Shown here in pieces: positions 29,734-47,599 of a DNA stretch of 64,000 bases (positions are counted from its first letter, which is position 1; the number at the start of each line of letters is the position of its first letter). The position numbers and the translations under genes were made by a program. This DNA comes from the human T2T-CHM13v2.0 reference genome, Homo sapiens: the NCBI RefSeq assembly GCF_009914755.1, contig NC_060925.1; one strand, written 5' to 3'. The notes below the pieces were generated by a model. The model did not search any database. It worked only from the letters and a program-made list of their open reading frames with translations, and had not been told where the DNA came from.

Positions 29734-31341
29734 GTGGGGTTCTTAAAAATTTTTTTCTGTTTAAAAAAGTCTAGTTTGAAGAGGTATACATGCACATGAT
29801 CTAACTTAGAATCATACAAAGGGTACCTGGAGAGAGATCAGTCCCCCTCACTGTTCCCCAGCCTCCCAGGTGCCTTGCGATTCTCTTCCCACATTCTTGG
29901 GTATCAGCCTTTAAGGAAGTTGGGATAGCCAAGCACGCATTCTGTGGACTTTGATTCTGTGCCCACTTTGCTCCCACTCAGTGGTGTACCACAAGTCTTG
30001 TGCTTCTCTTCTCATTTAACATGGCCTTAGAGGTCTTTCTGAAGCTAAACATGTAGAGGCACATCATCATTTCATTGGTGACAAAGTAGTCCTTTATGTG
30101 GCTGTATCCTGACCTATGCACCAACCCTTTGTGGATAGACATGTGGATTGTTTCCTGCACCTTTTGCTCTTAGAAACAGTGCTGTAATGAAGGGCCTTGT
30201 ACACACAGCATTTTCCATCCTTGGGTGAGTACACTCTAAAGGATAAACACCTAGAAGCACATTTCTGGTTAAAATAAGCTGTGCCCTTTTCTGTGGCCAG
30301 CTGATCTTCATAGAGGTTTTCCTGGTCCACGCTGTGCCAAGCACACCTTTGGGTAGTGCTGTGTGCTCATATTTTGGCCATTGCTCATCCGATAAGGGAA
30401 AATATACCTCCCTGGACCTTTAATTTTTGCATTTCTCTGATTAAAAGTTAAGTTGAAAGTCGTTACACTTGTTTAAAAAAAGTGTGCTTCCTTTTCTGTG
30501 CACTGTTATTTCCTATTCTTTGTCTTTTTCTCTGGGCAGTTGGTTGTTTTGTTACGATTTTTTTGGTGCTGCTCATGCATTAATGAAATTAGCTCTTATC
30601 TGTAATATGAGTTATATCTTTTTCCTTCCTTCTTATTTTCCCTCCCTTCCTCCCTCTTTATCATTTCTTCTTCCTCATCTCACTTCCCCATCCTTTCCTT
30701 TGTTACTTTTTATATTTGCAGTTTGTTTGTTTTTTGACTTTTGTGCTCTATGGAAAATTTATATTTGTATATAACCAAATATTGTTTTATTTGATAGCCT
30801 CTGGACTTTAATGTATTTGCTAAAGTCTTTTCTGTTGCTGTAAGATTATGAAAGCAATGATTATTTTCTGTTCTAACACTTTCTTAACATATACATCTTT
30901 GATTCACCTGAATTTACTTTAGTGACATATCAAAGGTAGAGATCTAGTGCTTTTCTGCCCCACCAGAGGACTACTTACTTGCCCGCAGTCCTCACTCTCT
31001 GGCATTTGGGTTGGGCCCAGTGACCAAGTTGGGGCAATAGAAGCTGAGCAGAGTCCTGTGAGCTATTTTAAGTCCTGGCCCTTCAAAACTTGCCCACACT
31101 CTCAAAAGCTTCTCTTTCTTTGCTGTGTCAAATTTGTATATCATGAATTCCAAAGAGGACAGTGGGAAGATACAGGAGGCTATCTGACCCACACTGGACT
31201 GGGTGTAAGGGAAATGAGACCCCTGTGTGGCAGACACTGAAGACTGTTTTCAAAATGCCATTTACATCCCACCCATTTACATCCCACCCATTTACATCTA
31301 ACCCACAGTGCATGAGAGCTTCACAAGCCCCTCTGCCTTGC

Positions 31342-31718
31342 TGTATTGGCCTGTTCTCACACCGCTAATAAAAAGATACCCGAGACTGGGTAATATATAA
31401 ATGAATAAGGTTTAATTGATTCACAGTTCAGCATGGCTGAGGAGGCCTCAGGAAACTTACAATCATGGTGGAAGGGGAAGCAAACATGTCCTTCCTCACT
31501 TGGCGGCAGCAAGGAGAAGTGCAGAGCCAAGAGGGGGGAAAGCCCCTTATAAAACCATCAGATCTTTTGAGAACTCACTCACCATCATGAGAACAGCATG
31601 GAGGTAACTGCCCCTATGATTCAGTGACCTCCTACTGGGTCCCTCTCATGTCACATGGGGATTCTGGGAACTACAATTCAAGATAAGATTTGGGTGGGGA
31701 CACAACCAAATCATGTCA
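31342..31718 (-). mobile_element. THE1D/MSTA solo LTR
   Basis: tgtattggcc...gaggcctcaggaaacttacaatcatgg...gatttgggtggggacaca...tgtca. Confidence 0.87.
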
Positions 31719-32025
31719 TTCACAAACATCTGGGCTATTCTGTTTAATTTTATGTTACTTTATTTTTGTCATTCTGGTGGGGACATAGCTGTATCTCAGT
31801 GTGGTTTAATTTATATTTTCCTGACTAATGAATATGATCAACTGTATTATATTTATTTGCCATGTGTGTCTGCCTCATGTTGAAGTGCCTCTTCAAAGCT
31901 TTTGTCAATTTTCTATAAAATTGCCTTTTTCTTGCTCATGTTTAGGGGTTCTTTATATATTCTGGAAATGAGTACATTGTTAGATGTGTGTATAGCAAGT
32001 AGCTTCCCCCACTCTGTGGCTTGGA

Positions 32026-32322
32026 TTTTTTTTTTTTTTTTTGAGACAAGGTCTGGCTCTATTGCCCAGTCTGGAGTGCAGTGGCATGAGCTGGCACACT
32101 GCAACCTCTGCTCAGGCTCAAGCCATCCTCCTACCTCAGCTTTCCAAGTGGCTGAGACTACAGGTACACCCAACACCATGCCTGGATAATTTTTGTATTT
32201 TTAGTAGAGATGGGGTTTTGCCATGTTGCCCAGGCTGGTCTCAAACTCATTAGCTCAAGCAGTCTCCCCACCTTGGCCCCTCAAAATGGTGGGATTACAG
32301 GTGTGAGCCAACATGCTTGGCC
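32026..32322 (-). mobile_element. AluJ
   Basis: Diverged antisense dimer with a poly-T lead-in. Confidence 0.88.
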
Positions 32323-32948
32323 TAGAGTTTTAATCTCTTAATGGTCTTTTGATAATCAGAACTAACAGAACTTCTTAATGAAGTCCACCGTATCTTTATT
32401 TTTCTTTTTGGTCGGCAGTTTTGTTTTAAGAAATCTTTATCCATCCCAAGATTAGATTCTCTTATGTTTTCTTTCAGATACATTGTTATTTTACCTTTGG
32501 TATTTAGAGCTATAATCCATAGGGAATTGATTATTCTGTAGTGTGAGGCAAGGGTCAAGATACTTGTTTTCCTAAATGGGTCCACACTGACCCATAACTC
32601 ACGTGGCCGTGTGTATGGGGGTCATTTTTTGGACTCTCTCGTGTGTTCCATTCATCCATTTCTCTCTCCTTGACGTGGTACTCCATTGTTTTAGTTACTG
32701 TGGCTTTACAGCAACCTTAATATCTGATAGAGAAACATTCCAGTTTTATTTTTTGGCAAGATTATCTTGGCTATTCTTTCCCATTTCATTTTTTAAAATA
32801 AATTTTAGAACCCACTTATTAATTTTCACAAAGGTTGCTTGGATTTTTGATTAGGATTGTAAATGTGCAGACTATTTGAGAATTATCATCTTGACAATAT
32901 TTAGTCTTCTTAATCATCAACTTAGTCTGTCTACCTATTAAGACTTTC

Positions 32949-33934
32949 TGCTATGGTTTGGATATGGCTTGTCACTGCCAAATCTCATGTTGAAATTTGA
33001 TCCCCAGTGTAGCAGTGTTGGGAGGTGGGGGCTAATGGCAAGTGTTTTGGTCATGGGGCAAATCCCTCATAAATAGATTAATGCCCTCTGATATGGGTAA
33101 GTAAGTTCTCTCTTGCATGGGAATAGATTAGTTCCTGGGAGAGGGGGTTTAAAAGAGTCTGGCTTCCTTGGTTTCTCTCTCTTGCTTCCTGTCTGTGATG
33201 GTTAATATGAGTGTCAACCTGATTGGATTGAAAAATTCAAAGTATTGTTCCTGGGTGTGTCTGTGAGGGTGTTGCCAAAGGAGATTAACGTTTGTGTCAG
33301 TAGACTGGGAGAAGCAGACCCACCTCAATGTGGGTGGGCACCATCTAATCAGCTACCAGTGTGGCTAGAATAAAGCAGGCAGGAGAAGATGGAAGAGCAG
33401 ACCTGGTGGGTCTTCCGGCCTTCACCTTTTTCTTGTACTGAATACTTCCTGGCATCGAACATCAGACACCGAGTTCTTCAGCTTCTGGACTCTTGGATTT
33501 ACACCAGTGGTTTGTTAGGGGCTCTCGGGCCTTCAGCTACAGACTGAAGGTTGCATTGTTGGCTTCCCTTCTTTTGAGGTTTTGGGGCTCAGACTGATCC
33601 ACCACTGGCTTCCTTGTTCCTCGGCTTGCAGATGGCCTATTGTGGGACTTTACCTTGTAATTGTGTGAGTTAATTCTCTTTAATAAACTCCCTTTCATAT
33701 ATAGAATATATCTATATTCTGTCCCTCTAGAGAACTCTAATAGACTCTCTTTGCACATGCCCCTCCTGTTCCACTTTTCACCATGAGTGGAAGCAGCCTG
33801 AGACCCTCACCAGATGCAGCTGCCCAATCTTGGACTTTTCAGCCACCAGAGTTATGAGCCAAATAAACATATTTTCATTATAAAATCACCCAGCCTCAGA
33901 TATTTTATTATACAAGACAAAATGAACTAAGACA
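32949..33934 (+). mobile_element. MSTB/C LTR split by MLT2A
   Basis: tgctatggtttggatatgg...aaatctcatgttgaaatttgatcccc, resuming at 33745 ...gccctcacc-like...gaactaagaca. Confidence 0.75.
33194..33744 (+). mobile_element. MLT2A solo LTR
   Basis: tgtgatggttaatatgagtgtcaacctgattggattg...gtccctctagagaac; flanks ctgtc/ctctc. Confidence 0.9.
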
Positions 33935-34133
33935 TCTTTGAAATTTCCCTTGGTAATATTTTTTAAGATCTTTTTATAAAATTATTTACAATCTTATTGT
34001 TAGGTTAATTCCTAGTATATTTTTGGTTCCATGGTAAATAATATGATCTACAATTTTATTTTCTAATTTCTTTTTTGCTCTTTTATAGCCATACTTTTGA
34101 TTTAAAATATATATATGTGTGTGTATATATATA

Positions 34134-34602
<469 letters not shown>

Positions 34603-36069
34603 TAATTTTCTTGACTGATTGCAATGACTAAGACTTTAGTAGAACATTGAATATAAATGGCGGCATTGGGCATTGTACGGGGTAGTATCTCATTTCCAAT
34701 ATTGAGGTGAAAGTTTTCAATATTTTATCATTAAACATTATGTTTGTTATGACATTTTTCTTTTGGGCAATATTTATCACATACCAAAATTTTCCTTTAT
34801 TTCTAATTTTTTAAGGGTTTGAATTTTATTAAGTGCTTTTTCTGCAGGCACTGAAATAATCACGTGGTTTTTCTTCTATTAATATGGAGAATCACACTGA
34901 GTAATTTTTGCATGCTAGTACATTTTTGCATTTTTGGGATAGACGCCGCTTGGCCATGGTGTATTATTTATGTATTTCTGAATTTAATTTGTTAGTATTA
35001 TGATTTGGGTTCTTACATCTAAGATCATGAGAGAATTGACCAATATTTTTTATTTCTTTTACACTGCGGGATATAAATTTTACGCTATCCTTAAAAACAA
35101 GTTGGGGAGCGCTTTTCCTAAATTTTCTTTAATTTCTTCTGAGAGTTGTGTACAATTGGTATCATTTCTTTTTTAAATGTTGTAATTATTTATCAATAAT
35201 ACTGTTTCTTTTTGAATATTCTTTGTGGGCAGTTTTAAAGAAAAATATTAATTGAAGTATAATCTACAAATAATACAATTAACTCATTTTAAGTGTACAT
35301 TTAGATGAGTTTTGAGAAATGTATGCATGTGAATAACTGCAATGAAGATATAATATTTTTATCATTCTGAAAGGTCTCCTTATGCTCTTTGAAGTCAAAT
35401 CTACCCCCTCTTGGCCCAGGCAACACTAATATGCTTCTGTCAGGAAAGATTAGTTTTGCCTGTTCTGTTACTTCATATAAATGGACTCAAACAGTATGTA
35501 ATATTTTTTGCTTTTACCCAGTACATCATTTGAGGTTCATCTATGTTGTTATGTGTATTGTTTGTTCCATTTTATTGTTGAGTAGTATTCCATTGTATGA
35601 ATCTTACACAGTAGTATTCCATTGTATGAACACACACAGTTGGTTTATCCATTTGCCTGTTGATAGATATTTGAGTTGTTTTCAACTTTTGGCTATTGTG
35701 AATACAGATGTTATGAACATTTATGCCAAATCAACTCCTTTTGTGGTCATAGACTTTTATTTCTCTTGGGTAAATATCTAGGAGTGAAATATTTGGGTTG
35801 TATTGTAAGTATATAGTCATTTCTTAAAAAACTTGCCCAGCAATACTGCAATGTGGTTGTATCACTTTACCTTCTTGTTAGCATGAAGGAATGTGTGAGT
35901 TGCTCCAAGTGCTTGCCAATACTTAGTATTGAGAGTCTTTTAAGATTTAGTAAATATGTCCGTGGTGTTAACACTGTGGTTTTCATTTGCAATTCCCTGA
36001 TGACTAACGAAGTTGAGCTTCTATTTCTGTGGTTAAATGACACTCACTTATCTTTTTTGTGGAGTGTTT

Positions 36070-36394
36070 TGCTATGGTCTGAATGTTTGTGTCCTGCTAA
36101 AATTTATATGTTGAAGCCTAGTCCTCAATGCAATAGTATTAAGAGGTGAGGACTTTAGAGGATGATTAATACCTTAATAAAAGAAGCTAGAAGGAGCTTA
36201 TTTTCACCCTGCACCATGTGAGGACACATCTAGAAGATGTCATCTGTGAAGAAAGGGCCCTCACCAGACAACAGGTCTGTGGGTACCTCGATGTTGGACT
36301 TCCCAGCCTCCAGAACTGTGAGCAATAAATTTCTGCTGTTTATAAACCACCCAGTTAAAAGATTTTGTTTTATCAACTTGAATAGACTAAGACA
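36070..36394 (+). mobile_element. MLT1A LTR
   Basis: gctatggtctgaatgtttgtgtcc...ttggacttcccagcctccagaactgtgagcaataaatttctg...ctaagaca. Confidence 0.8.
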
Positions 36395-36460
36395 TATTTA
36401 TTCTAATTTTGTACTCAATTTTTAAAAATTTGATTTTCTTTTCATATTGAGTTGTGAGAT

Positions 36461-36485
36461 CACACACACACACACACACACACAC
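36461..36485. repeat. (CA)n microsatellite
   Basis: About 12 perfect CA units. Confidence 0.95.
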
Positions 36486-37349
36486 GATTCAAATCCTTTG
36501 TTAGATATATGTATTGTGATCCCCCCCCTGCCCAGATTACTTCTTGTATTTTCCTTTCCTCAATAATATTTTTTGAGGAGCAGAAATTTGAATTGGAATA
36601 AGTCCAATTTATCATTTTTATCTTCTATGACTTATGTGTTTTTGCATCTTATATCAGAAATCTTTGCCTATGACGAGTTGATAAAGATTTTCTTCCGTGT
36701 TCGGAAAGTTTGTAATTTTAGGTTTACATTGAGTTTTGGATCAATATCAAGTTAATTCATCACCAGCAGTTGGAATTGTAAGTTTTTAGACTTTAGCAAT
36801 TCTAATAGGCTTCCAGTAGTACCTCATCGTTGTTTTAATTTGCAATTATCTAATAAGATATGATGCTGAATATGTTTCCATATGTTTAATTTTCATCTGT
36901 GTATCTTCCTCAGTGCTGTGTCTGTTAGAATTTGGCCCACTGCTAAATCAGGCTGTTCATTTTTTAACTGTTGAGTTTTAAGAATTCTTTGTGCATTTTG
37001 GCTAACGGCTCTTTATCAGATAAGTTTTGCAAATATATTCTCCCACCTGTGGCTTGTCTTTTCATTCTCTAATAGTGTCTTTTGCAGAGCAGAGGGTTTT
37101 AATTTTAATAAAGTCCAACTTATCAATTTTTTCTTGCATAGGTTGCACTTTTGGTGTTGTATCTAAAAACTGACCTCAAACACAAAGTCATCTAGATTTT
37201 CTTCTGTGTTATCTTCTAGGAGTTTATAGTTTTGAATGTTACATTTATGTGTATGCTCCATTTTAAATTAATTTTTGTGAAAGGCATAAGTTCTGTTGTC
37301 TAGATTTTTTTTGACATGTACATGTTCAATTGTTCCAGCACCATTTCTT

Positions 37350-40193
<2,844 letters not shown>

Positions 40194-41105
40194 TTATCAA
40201 ACACCGGTTGATTGTATTTGTGTAGGTCTATTTCTGGGTTTTTTATTCTGTTCCATTGATCTATTTGTCTATTCTTTTGCCAGTGTCATGCTGTGATAAC
40301 TGTCAGTTTATGCTAAGAGCTAAAGTTGAGTAGTGTCAGTCCTCCAACTTTGTTCTTATCCTTCAGTATTATATTAGCTACTCTAGTCTTTGCCTTTCCA
40401 TATGAGATTTAGGATCATTTCTAATTGCAGTGAATCTATGGATCAAGTTGTGACAAATTTAAAAGAAGTGACATCTTAATGATATTGAGTCTTCCTATCT
40501 ATGAATATGGAATATCTCTCCATTTATTTAGATGTTTTTTGATTTCTTTTACTAGAATTTTGTAGCTTTCCTCATACAGATTCTTTACATATTTTATTAG
40601 ATTTATACCTAAGTATTTCATTTGTTGGGGTCTACCATAAATAGTGTTGTTATTAATTTCATATTTCAGTGATTTATTGCATCTGTAAACAAAGACAGTT
40701 TTATTTCTTTCTTCCCAATCTGTATGCCTTTTGTCTCATTTTCTTGTCTTACTGTATTAGGTAAAAGTCCTAGTACAATGTTGAATAGGGTTGGTGAAAG
40801 GAGACATCCTTACCTTGCTCCTGATCTTAGGAAAAAAGCATCTAGGCTTGTCACAATTAAGTATGATGTTAGGTGTTGTAGATGTTCTTTATCAAGTTGA
40901 GGAATTTCACTTCTATTCCTAGTTTGCTGAGAGGTTTTTTTTTTGTCGTTAAATCATAAACAGGTGTTGGATTTGTCCATTTCTCCCCCTTTGTAAAAAT
41001 TTTTTTTACCTGTACTCTATTGAGATGAGCACATAGTTCTCCTTCTTTAGCTGTTGATATGATGAATTACATTAATTGATTTTTGAGTATTGAACCAGCC
41101 TTGTA

Positions 41106-41429
41106 GACCTGGTTCTCACAATGTGACATGGTTTTTTGACTTTCTGATGGCGTAAAAGTGATATGCATTTAGTAGAAATCTGTTTTTCACTTTCAGTGTA
41201 GTATTCAATGAATTACACAAGATATTCAACACTGTAAAATAGAGTTTGTGTTAGACAATTTTTCCCAACTATAGGCTAATGTAAGTGTCCTGAGCATGTT
41301 TATGGTAGGCTGGACTAAGCTGTGATGTTTGGTAGGTTAGGTGTATTAAATGTATTTTAAATTTATGATATTTTCAACTTGCAATGGGTTTATCAGAACG
41401 TAACCCCATTGTAAGTTGAGGACCATGTG
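41106..41429 (-). mobile_element. MER6A (TcMar-Tigger)
   Basis: ggtaggttaggtgtattaaatg...gggtttatcagaacgtaaccccattgtaagttgagga matches the antisense MER6 end. Confidence 0.72.
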
Positions 41430-41882
41430 TATGTTCCTGAGAGATAGTGGTCTGTATTTTCCTTCCTTGTAATATTATCGTCTGGTTTTGGGGCAAAGGT
41501 AATGCTGGCCTCATAGAATGAATTAGAAGATACTCCCCCTGCTTTTATTTTTTGGAGGAGATTGTAGATAAGCGGTATAATCACTTCCTTAAATATTGGC
41601 TAGGATTTACTAGTGAAGCCATCCGGACCCAGTACTTCCTTTTTTGGAAAGATATTAATTATCAGTTCAATTTCTTTAATAAGCATAGGCCTATTCACAT
41701 TACTTATTTCTCTTTGTGTGGGTTTCAGTAGGTTGTGTCTTTCAAGGAATTGATCCATTTCATCTAAGTTATCAAATTTCTGGGCATTGAGTTATTTATG
41801 ATTTTTGAAATTATCCTTTTAAAGTCTGTGGTATCAATATTGATGACTCCTCTCCCATTTATGACGTTAGTAATTTGTGTTT

Positions 41883-42367
41883 GTTTCAGTTTGGTTCCTT
41901 TAAAATGGAGAGTACCTTTTTAGTGATTAGGAGACACACAAGATGGAAATAAAGAACTTTTTATCTTTCATAGGTCCTAGAAGTATATGGCACACCCAGA
42001 GGCCACATGGAGGTCAATGAGCACCTGGAATGAAAGACAGTATAGACCTGGCATGTCTGCCTTTATTGGCATCCAGCGGGGTGGTCAGAGCATGAGAGCA
42101 AGGGATCTGAGAAGACTGAAATATTTGAAGCTAACATGCATGAAAAGAAGCTTTTGCCACTTGGGCCTAACCTAACTTTGCATTTAGTTCGGCATCTGGG
42201 TGTGTGTGTTTTTGAAAGAGGCCCAGCAGTGAGTGAGAGGGAAAAGAAAAGGAAGTAGTTGCGACTCCAGGTTTAGGTGGTTAGCTAGGGGCACAATGTG
42301 GTATCTGTGGGCCCATATCAAGACAACAAAATGGATGCTGAGACAGCAGAGTAATATTAAGTCTCAA
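41883..42367 (-). mobile_element. Old ERVL-type LTR (MER73/MER74/LTR47-like), family uncertain
   Basis: Interrupts the L1; motifs ggtcctag, gcctttattgg and aaaatggatgctgagacagca. Confidence 0.4.
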
Positions 42368-42823
42368 TGTTGTTTCTTCTCTCTGTTTCTCTCAGTTAGG
42401 CTGGCTAGAGATTTTTGTGTATTGATCTTGTATCTGGCAACTTTGCTGAACTCTCTCTCTATATTAGATGCCTTATGATTGTCTATGAACAAAGGTGTAG
42501 ATATGCAAATAGAGATAGTTTTACTTCTTCCTCTCCAGTCCAGATGCTCTTTATTTCTTTTCCTTGAATGAGTGTCATGTCTAGGACTTTCACTTACAAT
42601 GTTGAAAGGAACTGGTGAGAGCAGACAGCCTTGCTTTCTTCTGAACTTAGAGGGAAAGTATTTAGTCTTTCATCATTAAGTACAATGTTACCTGTGGATG
42701 TTTTTGTAGGCACCCTTTATCTGATTGAGGTAGTTTCCTTCTATTCCTGGTTTCTTGGGTGTTTTTAGTCATGAAAGGGTGTTTTATTTTGTCAAATGCT
42801 TTTTCTACGTATATTGAGATGAA

Positions 42824-43272
42824 TGTTGCAGGTGGTCAGCAACTACCTAAGCTGGTTACATGGGTGGTAAGAAGAATTTACCAAGGCAGTTATAGGTATA
42901 TAGAAAGGCAGATTTATTAGAGAAAGTATGAGAGCACATTGCAAGGAAGCAACAGGCAGGTCAGCAAGAAAGGAGCTGACTGCAAAGAGATGAAGGCTTG
43001 CTGGGGGATTTTATAGGATGGTGCTTGTGCTGTGTGCTGAAGAAGGCTTTGTGTAGTACTGATAACACCAATGTTGCATGAGTTAACTTGCATTTTTCTG
43101 TCAGCCAAGGGACAGGTAATAGCTGAGTGCAGGATGATTGTGAATTATTTGTGCAGGAGGGCTATGTGTACTGGACCATGAAGAAAGGTAGACTTACAGC
43201 TTATCTGCTTTCTTTTCTTGCTTTTCCTTGGTCCTACCAGCCTGACTCCTTTTTCCTAATTAGGATTTCACA
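42824..43272 (-). mobile_element. Solo LTR (ERV class, family unassigned)
   Basis: TG...CA termini, antisense TATA (ttttatagg) and AATAAA (gatttattag), flanks atgaa/gtgaa. Confidence 0.65.
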
Positions 43273-44625
43273 GTGAACATGTGTTTTTCCTTAACTCTAT
43301 TAATATGTTGTATTACATTAATAATACATTGCATTCACATGTTAAATCAACCTTGTATTCCTGGAATAAACCCAACTTGTTCATGGTATATAATCCTCTT
43401 AGTGGTTACCATTGGGATAACAATTAACATGTTAACTCAAAATAACTTAGCTCGGATTAATACTGACTTAATTCCCGTTATGTAAAAAATATAGCTCTGT
43501 TTTCTCCCTGTTTCTTTTTGTTATTATTGTCATAAAAATGATACCTTTATACATTATAAGGCAGTTAACAAAGCTTTGAAATTTTTTTATATAGTTGTCT
43601 TTTAATTCTGATAGGAGAAGAAAAAGAGGTACAAACAAAAATTTATTTATATTGTCTTTATATTTACTTTTGTAGTTATCTTTATTGGTGTTCTTTATAC
43701 TTTTGTGTGTGGATTTGAGTAAGTGTCTCATTTCAGCCTGAAAGACTTCATTAATATATCTTATAGGAAAGGTATGCTAGCAGCAAATTCACAGTTTTTG
43801 TTTATTTTGGAATGCCATAAGTATAGTTTTACCTGATATGGAATTCTTATTTGACAGTCTAATATATTCAATGTTATCCCACTGCCTTCTGGCTTTCTTG
43901 CTTTTTAATGCGAAAAAAGCTGTGAAAATCCCTTGAATGTGATGTATAACTTTTCTCTTGCTCCTTTCAAGATTCTACTCTGTTCATTTTGTTCTGTCTT
44001 TTTTTACAGTTTGTACTTGAGTTTTGATGCTTTCTATTGCTATTATCTTTGAGTTTACCATTTTTTTCCTCTTTATGTTTTTACAGTGTCTATTCTGATT
44101 TTAAATCTATCTGGCAAATTTTCCACTTTTCTATCTTAGATTTTATTTTTTATCTTCCCATTCTCTGCTAATTATGTTCATATTTTCCTTTACATCCTTC
44201 AACGTACTAATAACAGCTGTTTTAAAGTACATGACTGACAATGACAACATCTTCATTTCTGGATCTGTTTCAACATGACTGACTTTTTTGCAATTATTAC
44301 CAATTTTTTGCTTTTTGTCCTGACTAGGAACTCTGGATCAGTTCCTGGGCTTTGTGAATTTCATACCGTTGAGTGCTGGATTTTGTTGAACTTTCTAAGA
44401 AGAGTGTTAGACTTTGTTCTGGCAGTCTGTTAATGACCTAAACCTTGGAGGCAAGCTGTATCCTTTCAAGGCTTGTTTTTTAATATTTGGAAAGAGGATC
44501 TAGTTTCACCCTACCTCTAGGGTGCTTACCATAAGGGCACAAGTTTTCTGCATTTTTCCACTGAATAACCTGGGTATTCAGTGAGGACTCTTCACTTTTG
44601 CTAGTTGGAATCCAAATTATCCCAG

Positions 44626-44930
44626 CTTTTTTTTTTTTTTTTTTTTTGATAGAGTCTTGCTCTGTCACCCAGGCTGGAGTGCAGTGGCATGATCTCAGTT
44701 CACTGAAACCTCCATCTCCCAGGTTCAAGCAACTCTCCTGCCTCAGCCTCCCGAGTAGCTGAGACTACAGGCATGTGCCACCATATCCAGCTATTTTTTT
44801 TTTTTTTTTGTATTTTTAGTAGAGAAAGGGTTTCACCATGCTGGTCAGGTTGGTCTTGAACTCCTGACCTTGTGATCCGCCCACCCCAACCTCCCAAAGT
44901 GCTGAGATTACAGGCATGAGCCACTGTGCC
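44626..44930 (-). mobile_element. AluS
   Basis: Antisense dimer with a long T lead-in and an expanded middle T tract. Confidence 0.9.
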
Positions 44931-45516
44931 AATTTCCCAGTTTTGTGTGAGTTTAAGTTTGCCCAGTTTTTCTTGTCCAATCTTGTGAAGTTTCCCACTG
45001 TGCATGTGAGGCTCAGTTTCCAGTCAAAGACTCAAGGGGATTCCATGCAGGTTTTAGGAACTCTTTCTAGGTAAAGCATCTCTGGCACGTGGCCCATGTG
45101 TTCTAGCTGTCTCAGCCTCCCTCAGACTCTGAGCTCTCTTCGTTCAAGGCAATGGCATTGCTGTGTTGTTCTGGTTCCCCTCCTTACTCAACAGCATGGG
45201 AAGAAACTCTAGTCAGAAAACCAGGACATTGTTAGCATCAACTTGCTTGTCTCTCTCCTCACAGTCATGTGCTGCCAATATCTGAAAACAATTGCTTCAT
45301 ATATTTTGTGTAGTTTCTAGTTTTTTTTCAATGGCAGGGCAATTTTTATCCTGGATATGCCATCAGCCATCTTTTGAATTTTAACCTACCTGTGATCTCT
45401 CTAAAACGCAGATCTGACCATGTGATATCCCTTCTAGAAATCCTTCAGACTTCAGTATTTACTACTGACATAAAGATCAGGCCCCTTGCCTTTCTTGTGG
45501 CCTCCTGGAACCAAGT

Positions 45517-46063
45517 TGTAATGGTTAATATTGAGTGTCAGCTTGATTGGATTGAAAAGTGCAAAGTACTGTTCCTGAGTGTGTCTGTGAGGGTGTGGCC
45601 AAAGGAGATTAACATTTGAGTCAGTGGACTGGGAAAGGCAGACCCACCCTCAATCTGGGTGGGCACCATCTAATTAGCTGCCAGTGTGGCCAGAATAAAA
45701 GCAGGCAGGAGAACATGGAAAGGCTAGATTGGCTAAGTCTTCTGGCCTCCATCTTTCTTTCATGCTGGATTCTTCCTGCCCTCAAACATCAGACTCCAAG
45801 TTCTTCAGCTTTTGGACTCTTGGACTTACATCAGCACTTTGCCAGGGGCTCTCAGGCCTTCAGTCACAGACAAGGCTGCACTGTCAGCTTCCCTATGTTT
45901 GAGGTTTTGGGACTCGGACTGGCTTCCTTGCTCCTCAGCTTGCAGATGGCCTATTGTGAGACTTCACCTTGTGAGTGTGTGAGTCAATTCTCCTAATAAA
46001 CTCCCTTTCATATATTCATTTTTCCTATTAGTTCTGTCCCTTTAGAGAACCCTGACTAATACA
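45517..46063 (+). mobile_element. MLT2A solo LTR
   Basis: tgtaatggttaatattgagtgtcagcttgattggattg...ccctgactaataca, with perfect TSD caagt at 45512-45516 and 46064-46068. Confidence 0.93.
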
Positions 46064-46492
46064 CAAGTGCACCCCTCTGTTACTGCACATTTTATCCTGA
46101 AGGGTATCACTGACTTGCCTATCTCCCCTCACTCACAATAGACTGAAGCACCCTAAGGGCAAACTATAGCTGATTATTTCCAAGATCTTAGCACTGTTGT
46201 TGATCTACAGAAGGTGCTCAATGCTTGCCTTGTAAATGAATTATTACATCAATTATCAAAGGAATACATTCATAGCTATTTTAGGTAATATGTAATATTA
46301 ATTAGATATGCTTATGTGCTAGAAAGTGTTCAAAATAATTTTCATGTGTTATCTCATTTAATCCTCAAAACATCCTAATGAGACAGATACCATTGTTTTA
46401 CGGAAAAGATAGTGACTTGATCAGGCCTTCACTGACTGAGTGGTGATTCTAAGATTCTATTTTGGGCAGTTGGACATTAAAACCTGTGTTCA

Positions 46493-46850
<358 letters not shown>

Positions 46851-47599
46851 TTATAATAAAATCTAATATAAAAACCTTATAGTAAAATACCATCATTGTA
46901 TTTTTCTGTTAGTTCTTCTTTGTCAGAGGAACAAATCTTCCCAAGAAGACCCATGGAGAACACAGAGAATGCTGCCAGCGTCCCAAAGAGCAATAGACAG
47001 GCAGTTTATCCATTTAATTTTTCCAGGGTGAGAATGGCCCTGGTGATTCATTCTGTGCTCTCATTAGAGCAATTATCCAGCTAATAGCCTTGATTTGGAT
47101 TTGGCCAAGGCAGTCACTGCAGCTGGAGCGCACCAGAGAACAAACAGATGGACTGCAAACAGAGAAGCCTGAAGGAGGCCTGGGATTTGATCTGACAGTC
47201 GTGGGCAAGGAGGCTGGTCCCGGCTGTTCAGCCCAGCCACACTGCATTTATTGATGGGACTTGCTCCTCTGTGCCCTTCCCTCTCCTCCCTACTGATGTC
47301 AGCATAGAAGGATGATTACAAGGTTCCAGTAAGGTGACCCCTAAAACTTGGAAACAGTGGAAATGAGGCTGTTCTCTGTGAGGCCATCTATGCAATTATT
47401 ACATCTCAGGCTGTTATGGCAGAGATATGCAAAGTCACCTAAGTGATGGAATTATTCCCAGGCCAGCAAATCTTGACTGCCACCCAACCATGTTGTTAAA
47501 GTAGCTAAAAATAGGACATTTCAATCAGAAAGGGATGGAGGTTGGTTAATGTTGCAACTGCACAGCTCAATTCTGTTTCCCTCTCTCTTTGACAAGAGT

